From NCBI RefSeq assembly GCF_018977255.1, contig NW_024704742.1:104162001-104226000 (forward strand): DNA of 64,000 nt, read 5' to 3'. Below the pieces are notes generated by a model. The model was not told where the DNA came from. It did no database searches and was given only the letters and a program-made list of their open reading frames with translations. Position numbers and translations under genes: made by a program. This document shows, one piece after another, positions 1-11,244 of the stretch (the stretch's first letter is position 1; the number at the start of each line of letters is the position of its first letter). The stretch is from Callorhinchus milii (Eukaryota).

Positions 1-475
1 ACCTTCAAATGGTGGAAGCATCGCTCAATGGCATTGCTGTGTGCCTGAGCTGTGCCAGGAAGATGTGTGGAAATAATCTCCCACATTTCATGTTGAGCTG
101 TATTGCCAACCAGGAAGCTCGCAGGGAGTTCCTGGTACTTGCATGCACTTAATGAGGGCTCAAAGCTGTGCTTGTCAGACGTCAAATTACTAATTAGTGA
201 CTATCGTCCTTAGTGTGGAGGAAGTTGGGTCTCTTTGGACCTGAATTGGCTCCAAGATGATATGTTTGGCAATGGAATGTCAGAATCTAGCCAGCCCTCT
301 GTGGTGCTCTCAGAAGTTCAGTTCCTGAGCCAGGTGGGTCCACAGTATTCCAGGCCACTGCTGATGACAGCACAGCAGGACCTGGAAGGGCAAACCCTGG
401 GGGCAGGGAGTCATCCCACTCAGCTCCCATTAACTTGCAAGCTAAAGCTCTAACAGCAAGGGCTTTTAGGGGGCA
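1..475. repeat. Unclassified old interspersed repeat, copy 1 (truncated by window start)
   Basis: Aligns by eye with 11245-11492, 22890-23000 and, in reverse, 35950-37247. Confidence 0.8.
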
Positions 476-603
476 AACTGCATTGGCTGATTGATTTCTC
501 CTTTTTGTTAGCATTATTATACCAGTCTTGTTTAAAGTATTACCTTGTGATGGTGTGGAAGAGAAAAGAGAATACACATTAACTGTATTTTCACACTGAT
601 GTT

Positions 604-918
604 ATAATAATAATAATAATAATCCTTGCATTTGATATAGTGCTTTTCACGTCAGGAGGACGTCCCAAAGCGCTTCACAGAACACACTGTAAAGTGAATT
701 GACTATATTTGTGGGCGAACGCGGCAGCCAATTGCGCACAGCAATGTCCCACAAACAGTCGTAGATTAAAAATGACCAATTTATTATTGTTTTTGGAGGG
801 ATTATTATTAGGCATGTGGAGTAAGGAAACTTGCCCAAGGTTTCGCCCTGCCTGGAATTGAACCCAGGTCTCTCGCTTGCAAAGTGAGTGCTCTAACCAC
901 TGAGCTACAGGACTCCAC
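604..918 (-). mobile_element. Full-length young tRNA-derived SINE (family A, short form) with L2-type tail
   Basis: Minus strand starts GTGGAGTCCTGTAGCTCAGTGGTTAGAGC (A box), has B box GGTTCAATTCC, and ends ...TGCAAGG(ATT)n. Near-identical to the copies at 2972, 11493 and 54683. Confidence 0.95.
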
Positions 919-1720
919 ATGCGGAAGTGGCTCAACATTTTTGAAACACCATGGACCATTTTCACATTGAAAGGGATGGAAAGTTTTTGTCCTAAGTCTC
1001 ACTTCTTGGTTATTGGTGGGACATTGCTGTGTCTAAATTGATTGCTAGGTTCACCTACAAAATACACAGTCTGTGTACTTTACATACATATTATTAAGTA
1101 CTCCTCCTAGATTTAGAAGAAGAAATATATAATCATTAATGTATATTTTACTTGTAGGACAGAATCCTAACTTTAACACAATTCTGGGACCTCTTCTCAG
1201 CTGCTAGACCAACTGTACTGGGAGCATCCAGGAGCAAGTTTATCTCTATCTGGGTGTTGAGCTTTAGACTGAGCATTCTTGTAAAATATATTGCTGGAAT
1301 GGATTAAAAGCTGAAGAAGTGTGTCCCAGGTCTACAATTAATAGCAAGGAATCCTGGCCAAAGGTAAAGATAATCTTGTAAAAATCATTTTGCAAGAATC
1401 ATACTAGGAGAGTATTTTGAACAGAAAATACACTCCTTGGTTTTTCCCTTTAATTGTGTCTGTATGCCATATCACTTGGTATGTGTAGAAAAAAATTGGA
1501 CAAACACCTTTGTTAAAGATTATGTCTCTTTAAGTATCATTACTTGCTTCACATATGCATTTTATGCCATAATGAAATGTCTCATGATATCAGGATCTGT
1601 TGAATAAGGAAATACCATTTTATCCATCAAGCCTTTTTTTCTTGGAGACCATGTATAGTTTCTACTGTCATGAATTCTAAATTTACTCAGCCTTCTGATG
1701 GTGCTAATCAGCCAGAATTT

Positions 1721-2176
1721 ATAATAAATAATAAAAATTCTTGCATTGGATATAGTGCCTTATCACATTATCAAAATGCCTGAACTTTACAGAATTTACA
1801 GTGAAGTATAGTGACTGTATGTATTTGTAGGTGAACATGGCTTCAACGTTTGCACAAACAGAGCAATGACCCACAAACAGCCATGAAGTGAAACCAATTT
1901 TATTTGGGGGATTGTTGACCAGGACACTGGGAGAAATTCCCTTCTCTTTTCGAATAGTGCCATGGGATATTTAATGTCCACCTGAACAGGCAGACAGGGC
2001 ATTGGTTTATCATCTCATCTGAAGGACTTCACCTCCAAAGCTGCAGTGTTTCCCTCAATTACTGCACTGCAGAGTCTGCTTAGACTATGTGAGTTCAAAA
2101 TCCCCAAGTTAGAGCTTGAATCCGCAACCTTGTGCCTCAGAAATGAGAGTTCTACCAACTAAGCCAGACTGACACC
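1721..2176 (-). mobile_element. DeuSINE-like family B, full length
   Basis: Reverse-complement match to 44888-45305. Confidence 0.85.
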
Positions 2177-2971
2177 TAAAGGTTGAGAAACACCATACAT
2201 TTTCTCCTAGAGGGTAATTTGAGCAACAATTCCAGGACATCAGTCTAACAGTATAATCTACAGTGTTCAACCCTGACCAGACACATTCCACAGATGACAT
2301 TCCCCTGATCCTGACAGTGCTGTAATCATGGTTTTCCACTGAATACTTGACCAACTATGACTCTACATTCTGCATCCAGCTCCTTCCAAAGCAGATAATT
2401 GACATGCATTAGTGACTTTTGATGGAGGTTTATCTCAAGTGTACATTACTTAGTGGATATATATATTAAAAATTTAAAATCTGTGTTGTTTGATGCATGA
2501 TCACGGGGAGAATCGTTTGAATGCAAGATGTGTAACAGGCGGTTCAATATATCCAGTCATCTATTGAGATATCAGAGGATTGATTCTGGAGAGAAGCCAT
2601 GTTTCCAAATGGATATGGAAATCAGATATAGTATATAATGATATATAGTGTAAAGTTTAGGGACTGTGTGTATTTGTAGGTGAACATGGTAGCAAAGTTT
2701 GCACAAACAGAGCAATGACCCACAAACAGCCATGAATAATAATAATACTTTTGGTATTACTGAATACTTACTTGAACATACAAGTGGTTACTGGCGGCCT
2801 CCAACAATATTTGAGTTAAATAGCCTGTTTACGTTATCTACCTTATTTATTCCTCTCATCATTTAAAGACCTGGATCATATGATTCATATCCTAACTCAA
2901 GACCCATCTCCAAAGGAAAGCAAATGTAATTCTGTGGAGTCCTGTAGCTCAGTGGTTAGAGCACTTGCTTT

Positions 2972-3294
2972 ATAATAATCCTTAATAATAATCCTTGCAT
3001 TTGATATAACGCTTTTCAGGTCGGGAGGACGTCCCAAAGCGCTTCACAGAACACACTGTAAAGTGAATTGACTGTATTTGTGGGCGAACGCGGCAGTCAA
3101 TTGCACACAGCAATGTCCCACAAACAGTCGTAGATTGAAAATGATCAATTTCTTATTGTTTTTGGTTTTGGAGGGATTATTATTAGGTGTGTGGAGTAAG
3201 GAAACTTGCCCAAGGTTTCGCCCTCTGCCTGGAATTGAACCCAGGTCTCTCGCTTGCAAAGCGAGTGCTCTAACCACTGAGCTACAGGACTCCA
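2972..3294 (-). mobile_element. Full-length SINE family A (short form)
   Basis: Same head, body and tail as 604-918; anticodon-like arm CTCGC-TTTGCAA-GCGAG. Confidence 0.95.
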
Positions 3295-3689
3295 GTGTAG
3301 ATTTATTAGGTTGTTAGCAGGAATGAGAGGTTTCAGATACGAAGAGAGACTTGAGAAGAGATTTTTTCGCTTTGCGAGTGAGACACCTGAGTTCAATTAT
3401 TTGAAAGGTTTTACATTTACGATTTGCAGTGGTTTGGAGTAAGGGGGGGAGTAGTATTAAGTTGGATAGCTCTTTCAACCAGATGGTAGAGGTAGAAAGA
3501 TGGCCATTGGGCTAAATGGCCTCCTTCTACACTGTAAGATTGTATAATTCTATATGATTACAGAATAGAAACGATTTTCTGTAATTAAAGTAATACTGAG
3601 AATAACAGGGTCAGCGGAAAGAAATAGAGAAGACACTCCACTCTCCTCTTTCAGAAAGTTTCCTACATTTTGCCCTGAATATTTTTTTT

Positions 3690-5852
3690 GTGTGTGTGAA
3701 TGTGTTTGTATTTGTGTGTATGTGTGAGTGTGTGTATATGTGTATGTATGTGTGTGTATGTGTATGAGTGCATGTGTGTGAGTGAGTGTGAGTGTATGTG
3801 AGTGAGTGTATCTGTATGAGTGCATGCGTGTGAGTGTGTGAGTATGTGTTTGTGTATGTGTGAGAGAGTATGTGTTTGTGTGTGTGAGAGTATGTGTTTG
3901 TGTGTGTGTGTGAGAGTATGATTGTGTATGTGAGTGTGTGTCAGTGTGAGTGTATCTGTATGAGTGCATGCGTGTGAGTGTGTATGTGTTTGTGTGTGTA
4001 TGTTTGTGTGTGAGTATGTGCTTGTGTATGTGAGTGTGTGTGTGTGTGAGTGTGTTTGTGAGAGTATGTGCTTGTGTATGTGAGTGAGTGTGTGTGAATA
4101 TGTGCTTGTGTATGTGAGTGAGTGAGTGTGTGTGAGTGTGTGAGTGAGTGTGAGTGTATGTGAGTGTGTGTGTGTGAGTGTTTGTGTATGTGAGTATGTG
4201 TGTGAGTGTGTGAGTGAGTGAGTGGATGTTTGTGTATGTGTGTGAGTGAGTGTGTGAGTGTGTGTGTGTGAGTGAGTGTGAGTGTGAGTGAGTGTTTGTG
4301 TATGTGAGTGTGTGTGTGAGTGAGTGGATGTTTGTGTATGTGTGTGAGTGAGTGCGTGTGTGTGTGTGAGTGTGTGTGAGTATATATGAGTGTGTGTGTA
4401 TGTGAGTGTGTGAGTGAGTGTGTGGTGAGTGTGTGAGTGAGTGTGTGAGTGATTGGATGTTTGTGTATGTGTGTGAGTGAGTGAGTGTGTGTGAGTGTGT
4501 GAGTGAGTGTGTGAGTGAGTGTGTGTGTGAGTGAGTGTGAGTGTATGTGAGTGTGTGTGTGAGTGAGTGTGTGTGTGAGTGTTTGTGTATGTGAGTGTGT
4601 GTGTGAGTGTGTGAGTGAGTGAGTGGATGTCTGTGTATGTGTGTGAGTGTGTGTGAGTGAGTGTGTGTGTGAGAGTGTGTGAGTGTGTGTGTGAGTGTGT
4701 GTGTGTGTGTGTGAGTGTATGTAAGTGTGTGTGTGTGAGTGTGTATGTGAGTGTGAGTGAGTGTGTGTGTGAGTGAGTGTGAGTGTGTGTGTGTGTGACA
4801 GTGTATGTGTTTGTGTATGTGAGTGAATGTGTGTATGTGTGAGTGTGTGTGAGTGAGTGTGTATGTGAGTGTGTGTGAGTGAGTGTGTGTGTGTGAGAGT
4901 ATATGTGTTTGTGTATGTGAGTGAATGTGTGTGTGTGAGTGTGTGTGTATGTGAGTGTGTGTGAGTGAGTGTGAGTGTGTGAGTGTGTGTGAGTGAGTGT
5001 GTGAGAGTATGTGAGTGAGTGTATGTTTGTGTATGTGAGTGAGTGTGTGTGAGTGAGTGTGTATGTGAGTGTGTGTGAATGAGTGTGTGTGTGAGAGTAT
5101 ATGTGTTTGTGTATGTGAGTGAATGTGTGTGTGTGTGAGTGTGTGTGAGTGTGTATGTGAGTGTGTGTGTGAGTGTGTGTGTGTATGTGTGTGAGTGAGT
5201 GTGTGTATGTGTGAGTGTGTGTGAGTGAGTGTGTGAGAGTATGTGAGTGTATGTTTGTGTATGTGAGTGAGTGTGTGTGTATGTGTGTGAGTGTGTGTGT
5301 GTGTGAGTGAGTGGATGTTTGTGTATGTGTGTGAGTGAGTGTGTGTGTGTGTGTGGTGTGTGTGAGTGAGTGTGTGTGAGTGAGTGTGTGTGTGAGTGGA
5401 TGTTTGTGTATGTGTGTGAGTGAGTGTGTGCGAGTGAGTGTGTGTGTGTGTGTGTGAGTGAGTGTGTGTGTGTGAGTGTGTGTATATGAGTGAGTGAGTG
5501 AGTGTGTATGTGAGTGAGTGTATGTTTGTGTGTGAGTGTGTGTATGTGAGTGAGTGAGTGTGTGAGTGTGTGAGTGAGTGTGAGTGTGTGAGTGAGTGAG
5601 TGTGTGTTTGTGTGTGAGTGTGTGTATGTGAGTGAGTGAGTGAGTGAGTGAGTGTGTGAGTGAGTGTGAGTGTGTGAGTGAGTGGATGTTTGTGTGTGAG
5701 TGAGTGTGTGAGTGAGTGTGTGTGTGAGTGAGTGTGTGAGTGAGTGTGAGTGTGTGAGTGGATGTTTGTGTGTGAGTGAGTGTGTGAGTGAGTGAGTGTG
5801 TGTATGTGAGTGAGTGTGTGTGTGTATGTGAGTGAGTGAGTGTGTATGTGTG
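3690..5852. repeat. Complex (TG)n-derived satellite, about 2.2 kb
   Basis: Interspersed GTGT, GTGAGT, GTATGT and GTGGATGTTTGT units; almost no C on the + strand. Confidence 0.97.
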
Positions 5853-6060
5853 TCTCAAGACCTTTCTCTTTGACCGTGCCTTCAGCTCCCCTCTCGACTC
5901 TTCCTCCCCCCCCCCCCCCCCTCACCATTTCCCCCCCTCTCCCCCCCCCTCCCCTCACCTGACATTTCCCCCTGCTCGGGTCATGACCCAACTGTGCAGC
6001 GCCTGGGACGTCTCCTGACGTGAAAGGCGCTCTATAAATGGAATCTTGTTGTTGTTGTTG
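5853..6060 (+). mobile_element. L2 3' end inserted in the TG satellite
   Basis: LKTFLFDRAFSSPLDS is identical to the 55117 copy; TG repeats resume after 6060. Confidence 0.92.
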
Positions 6061-6211
6061 TGAGTGTGTGTGAGTGTGAGTGCGCACATATAACCTCCAG
6101 ACTGTCACACCTGGTGATGTGGCGGATGAGGGACAAATGCAATCACAAGAAAATACCGGAATTTGCCCGAGTTTGTTCCGAGTCGATGTGCACTGCTACC
6201 GAACAGCCTCC

Positions 6212-7256
6212 ACCCCCCGGGGAGCAGAGCAGGGACTGGGAGCCCCCCCCACCCCCACCCCACCCCACCCCACCCCACCCCCCACCCCCACCCCCCGGGG
6301 AGCAGAGCAGGGACTGGGAGCCCCCCACCCCCACCCCCCCCCACCCCCCACCCCCACCCCCACCCCCACCCCACCCCCCGGGGAGCAGAGCAGGGACTGG
6401 GAGCCCCCCACCCCCACCCCCCCCCCCCACCCCCCGGGAGCAGAGCAGGGACTGGGAGCCCCCCCCACCCCCCACCCCCCCACCCCCGGGGAGCAGAGCA
6501 GGGACTGGGAGCCCCCCCACCCCCCGGGGCACAGAGCAGGGACTGGGAGCCCCCCCACCCCCCCCCCCCCCCCCCCCCGGGGCACAGAGCAGGGACTGGG
6601 AGCCCCCCCCACCCCCACCCCCCCCACCCCCCGGGGCACAGAGCAGGGACTGGGAGCCCCCCACCCCCCCACCCCCCCGGGGCACAGAGCAGGGACTGGG
6701 AGCCCCCCCCACCCCCCCACCCCACCCCCCGGGGCACAGAGCAGGGACTGGGAGCCCCCCACCCCACCCCCCGGGGCACAGAGCAGGGACTGGGAGCCCC
6801 CCCACCCCCACCCCCCCCACCCCCGGGGCACAGAGCAGGGACTGGGAGCCCCCCCCACCCCCACCCCGGGGCACAGAGCAGGGACTGGGAGCCCCCCCAC
6901 CCCACCCCCCCCCCCCCCGGGGCACAGAGCAGGGACTGGGAGCCCCCCCCCCACCCCCCCCCCCCCGGGCGCAGAGCAGGGACTGGGAGCCCCCCCACCC
7001 CCACCCCCCGGGGCACAGAGCAGGGACTGGGAGCCCCCCCCACCCCCACCCCCCCCCCCCGGGGCACAGAGCAGGGACTGGGAGCCCCCCCCCCCCCCCC
7101 CCCCCCGGGGCACAGAGCAGGGACTGGGAGCCCCCCCACCCCCCACCCCCCGGGGCACAGAGCAGGGACTGGGAGCCCCCCCACCCCCCCCCCGGGGCAC
7201 AGAGCAGGGACTGGGAGCCCCCCCACCCCCCCGGGGCGCAGGGCAGGGACTGGGAG
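6212..7256. repeat. C-rich minisatellite (VNTR), about 21 units
   Basis: Constant core GGG(GAG/GCA)CAGAGCAGGGACTGGGAGC separated by variable C/ACCCC tracts. Confidence 0.97.
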
Positions 7257-8372
7257 CTGCTGGTGCTGCTGGTGCTGCTGCTGGTGGTGTCTCCGCGGTT
7301 ACCGGAGCAGCCGACAGCGGAGCAACACAGCAGGAGAGGGGGAGAGAGAGAGAGAGAGAGAGGGCAAAGAGCTCTGCAAAAGGGCCACGAGTCGGGGGGG
7401 GACCAGAGCAGAGGTGGTTGCGGTGGAGAGACAGAGAGAGGAGGACATGTGTGTGTGAGAGAGAGAGTGATAGACACTCACTCACTGTCTGTCTGTCTGT
7501 CACTCGCTCCTCACTGCCAAATCACCAACTTGCTGAGCTGAGCTGAGCTGCACTCACTGTGGGGGCTGGTGCTGCTGCTGCTGCTGCTGCTGGTGGTGGT
7601 GCTGGTGGTGTCGGTGCTGGTGGTGTCGGTGTCGGTGCTGGTGCTGGTGTGCGGTGGTGTCGGTGGTGGTGTCGGTGCTGGTGCTGGTGGTGTCGGTGGT
7701 GTCGGTGCTGGTGCTGGTGGTGTTGCGGTGGTGTCGGTGGTATCGGTGCTGGTGCTGGTAGTGCCGGTGGTGTCGGTGCTGGTGGTGTCGGTGCTGTCGC
7801 TGGTGGTGTCGGTGGTGTCGGTGCTGGTGCTGGTGGTGTCGGTGTCGGTGCTGGTGGTGTCGGTGTCGGTGCTGGTGGTGTCTGTGCTGGTGGTGTCGGT
7901 GGTGTCGGTGCTGGTGGTGTCTGTGCTGGTGGTGGTGGTGTCGGTGGTGTCGGTGCTGGTGGTGTTGCTGTTGCTGGTAGTGTCGGTGGTGTCGGTGCTG
8001 GTGGTGTCGGTGCTGGTGCTGGTGGTGTCGGTGCTGGTGCTGGTAGTGTCGGTGGTGGTGTCGCTGGTGGTGTCGGTGCTGTCGCTGGTGGTGTCGGTGC
8101 TGTCGCTGGTGGTGTCGGTGGTGTCGGTGCTGTCGCTGGTGGTGTCGGTGGTGTCGGTGGTGTCGGTGCTGTTGCCGGTGGTGTCGGTGCTGTCGCTGGT
8201 GGTGTCGGTGGTGTCGGTGCTGTCGCTGGTGGTGTCGGTGGTGGTGTCGGTGCTGTCGCTGGTGGTGTCGGTGGTGGTGGTGTCGCCGTCTTTCCAAACC
8301 CAGGAGACGATTGCGAAAGATTTCACGCGTTGAAACATCGCACAGTCCGGAGTGGGGAGCGCTGGGGTAAGG
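7250..8372 (+). promoter_or_regulatory. CpG-rich candidate promoter / non-coding upstream exon of EPB41L4A
   Basis: High GC and CpG content against an AT-rich, CpG-poor background, 1-2 kb upstream of the ATG. Ends in a donor-like GGG|GTAAGG at 8367. Confidence 0.45.
7561..8284. repeat. Degenerate trinucleotide array (GGT/GCT/GTC), about 720 bp
   Basis: Period-3 units such as GGTGGTGTC, GGTGCT and GTCGCT; several reading frames on both strands are stop-free. Confidence 0.97.
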
Positions 8373-9149
8373 CTGGGATTGTTTCCACGTAACTTTCTGT
8401 GGTTGTTGCACATCAACAAACTGAATACCATCTCTTTCTCTCTCTCTCTCTCTCTCTGTCCCTCTCTGTCTCTCTGTGTTTAATAATCTACACAATCTGA
8501 ACTGCATTATTGCACAGGGACTGGATTGACACTAAATGGCTGGTCTGGACCCCGGGGGCAGGTCAAACAACCAGAGACTGATATAATAATATATAATAAT
8601 GCTGTTAAATATATATATATTATATATATAGAAAGCCTTGCCTCGCTATTGTGGATTTAGCTGTCTGTGGTTGTGGTGTTTGTGGTATATTGTGGCTCAG
8701 TTATGAATGTAAACCATTGGCACAATTTTCAGACAAACCATCAACGCAGTGTAAGTATATATACATATATATTTTAAAAAAACACATAAATCATTTGCAA
8801 GATCATTGATTCAATGGTATAAAATATTGTCAAGTGTCTGAGAGCATATGATACACACACACACACACACACACAGTGAGATGTGGTATTAAAGGGCGCT
8901 ATTGTTCCTGTTTCACAGATTCCTGAGGGGGGAAAAAAAGCCCAACTCCCTGAACTTGTCTGGTCCCAGGGATTAGTTCCTAACGCATTTGACTTGAGGG
9001 GGATATGCTTCAGAGTGTCAGCCTTGCACCTGTCTCCTCGGCAAAGGCATGGGCTTCAGGAGGTGATGCTGCACGTTGCCAGGGGTGGAAGGTTTGGGCT
9101 GATCAGGGCATGTGGAAGAGGCACTGACTGTGCCATGGCCCCCCAGCTC

Positions 9150-9269
9150 TGAGAGAGGAGGAGAGAGTGAGAGAGTGAGTGTGTGAGAGAGAGAGAGAGA
9201 GTGAGTGTGTGAGAGAGTGAGTGTGTGAGAGAGTGAGTGAGTGTGTGAGAGAGTGGCTGGAGAGTGAGT
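9150..9269. repeat. (GA)n/(GT)n mixed microsatellite just upstream of the coding exon
   Basis: GAGAGA/GTGAGT/GTGTGA runs. Confidence 0.9.
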
Positions 9270-9400
9270 CAAGCCTGGTCCCCCAGGCTCTCTGCCTGGC
9301 CAGTCCCCACGTTTGATGTGATCTGATTGAATCTGGACCTGAGCTGAGCTGAGCTGAGCTGACCTGGCCTCTCCTCTCCTCTCCTCGCCTGGATGCAGTG

Positions 9401-9499
9401 ATGGGTTGCTTCTGCGCTGCACAGGAAGAATTTTATTGCGAAGTTTTGCTTTTGGATGAGACCAAGCTGACACTGACCACCCAGCAGCAAGGGATAAAA
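9401..9499 (+). CDS. EPB41L4A: First coding exon of band 4.1-like protein 4A (FERM domain, NBL4); 33 codons, phase-0 intron follows
   Basis: Translates [33 protein letters not shown], nearly identical to the recalled human EPB41L4A N-terminus ([33 protein letters not shown]). Strong Kozak context (gtgATGG) and canonical donor AAA|GTGAGT at 9500. Confidence 0.95.
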
Positions 9500-10562
9500 G
9501 TGAGTCAATACCGTGCTACTCAAACCATCTCAGCACTTGTCGGTATACTCTGACACACTAATGCATCCCAGTTTGCTTATTTATAACATGCTGAGTTCAT
9601 CTTTGTAATCATTTTGGTTTGCCATATGAATTCGTTTAATTTTATTCATGCCTATATATATATATATATCCAACGTGTATGTTTGAGATGAGTTTGAATG
9701 TAATATTAAGGCAGCATTGCTGAAAGGGACAACATTTAAATCCTGTTTGTACTGTAATAGATATCATGAAGTAGGAGTCAGCACTGCTTTCAGTTTTTTT
9801 CTTGATGTGATCATTGGAAAATATGGATTTCGATTGAAACGTTTATTTTTTTGTTAAAGACACAAGAGTTTACATCTAAAGTTCACCACTTACAGTCTTT
9901 TTTTCTCTCGATTTCGTCAGCAACCAGCATTGCCCAGTGCTCCATGACTATTGGGTTGATTTATTCATTTTATTCATCTCTTTTCACCTACCATCCCCCC
10001 CTCCCCCATCTGCTGTTTTATTGGATGGATGTGCAGTGTACATCCTGACAGCACTGAATACATCTCAATCGCTTCATTTTCTGACGATCAATATTTCCAC
10101 AAGAACATTATTGGATTATAATTATATCACCATAGGTCTGTTTGCAGTGGACTCATGTTGGGGAACACACACACTGTAAGACTTCCCTCCTCTGAACTCC
10201 AATGCCATTAATAGTCACACACACACACACACAACTGGTTTCCCTGGCAATGGGCTACATGCAGATATGTCAGGATCAGAACTAGTATGAATGCAGAGTA
10301 ACTGGGTGCCTGGTCTGATACTGGATTAAGCTTGTTGATTTCTTGTTAGCACAAGATACCAGTGTGGTGACCTGAAGTCACCATGGTGATGGGTCTGCAC
10401 TCCATTTCTCTGCTATTAGATTTCAAAGATCCGCAGTTGTGTAAAGCGCAAACCCAAACCAAAACCAGAGTGAGCGGATTAGAGTCGTTAAGCATGGTGA
10501 TGGTAATATGTTACTGGTTAGTACCACTATTGTGGTGTTGCTATTCATGAATGTTAGGAATC

Positions 10563-10795
10563 ATAATATAATAATAATCCTTGCATTTGATATAGTGCCT
10601 TATGATATCTTCGAGGCATTTCAAAGTGCTTCACAGAATATACTGTAAAGTGAATCGACTGTATATTTTGTGAATGGAATGTGGCAGCCAATTGCACACA
10701 GCAATGTCCCACAAACAGTCGTGGATTGAGTGACCACATTTTTATAATTTTAATTTTTTTTAAAAGGATTATTACCTCCGGAAAAGCGATCTCAC
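10563..10795 (-). mobile_element. SINE family A 3' fragment
   Basis: AATAATCCTTGCATTTGATATAG tail and body. Confidence 0.85.
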
Positions 10796-11244
10796 AAGCC
10801 ATCCGGTGAGTGAGTGTGAACAGGCAGTTGTGTACTTGCCAAGTGCCGCACAATTGTAATCTTGGGGTCCTCACACTCAGTGAAAACAATACTGTTGGCA
10901 CAATGCAGCATTTTAATGCAATGGATAATACAGTTTAATCAGATTCTGGAGGCACAATTTAGATTCTAGATTAAATTGTTTCAGATTTACTCTGTAAATT
11001 AGAAAATGCCCATCAGTGTTAGAGATGCAAGAAATTGCAAAAGATTGTTTATTGATTTAAAGCTACAGTGCCCCGCCTGGATAGCTGTGGGCAATATCCA
11101 TGCATTATATCATTACAGAACATCCCCCCACTTACATGGACAGGGAATTAATGTTCCCTATCTAGATAAATCAGTCACAAGGTTAACGAATAACGACACA
11201 AAATCTGGGTGACTTTCCAAATAGTCTTTCTTTCTCTCTCTTAA

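Noticed and set aside
3550..6108. 852-aa and 731-aa His/Thr-rich minus-strand ORFs
   Set aside because: Translation of the (CA)n-type satellite; stop-free by composition.
6212..7256. CRISPR-like look (constant repeat with variable spacers)
   Set aside because: Spacers are only C/A low-complexity tracts, the context is vertebrate and there are no cas genes.
6060..7546. Six overlapping 370-490 aa Pro- or Gly-rich ORFs (formin/extensin-like look)
   Set aside because: All frames are open because of the C-rich minisatellite, and variable unit lengths shift frame constantly.
7533..7550. Immunoglobulin switch-like GAGCT repeats
   Set aside because: Only 3-4 units and no immunoglobulin context.
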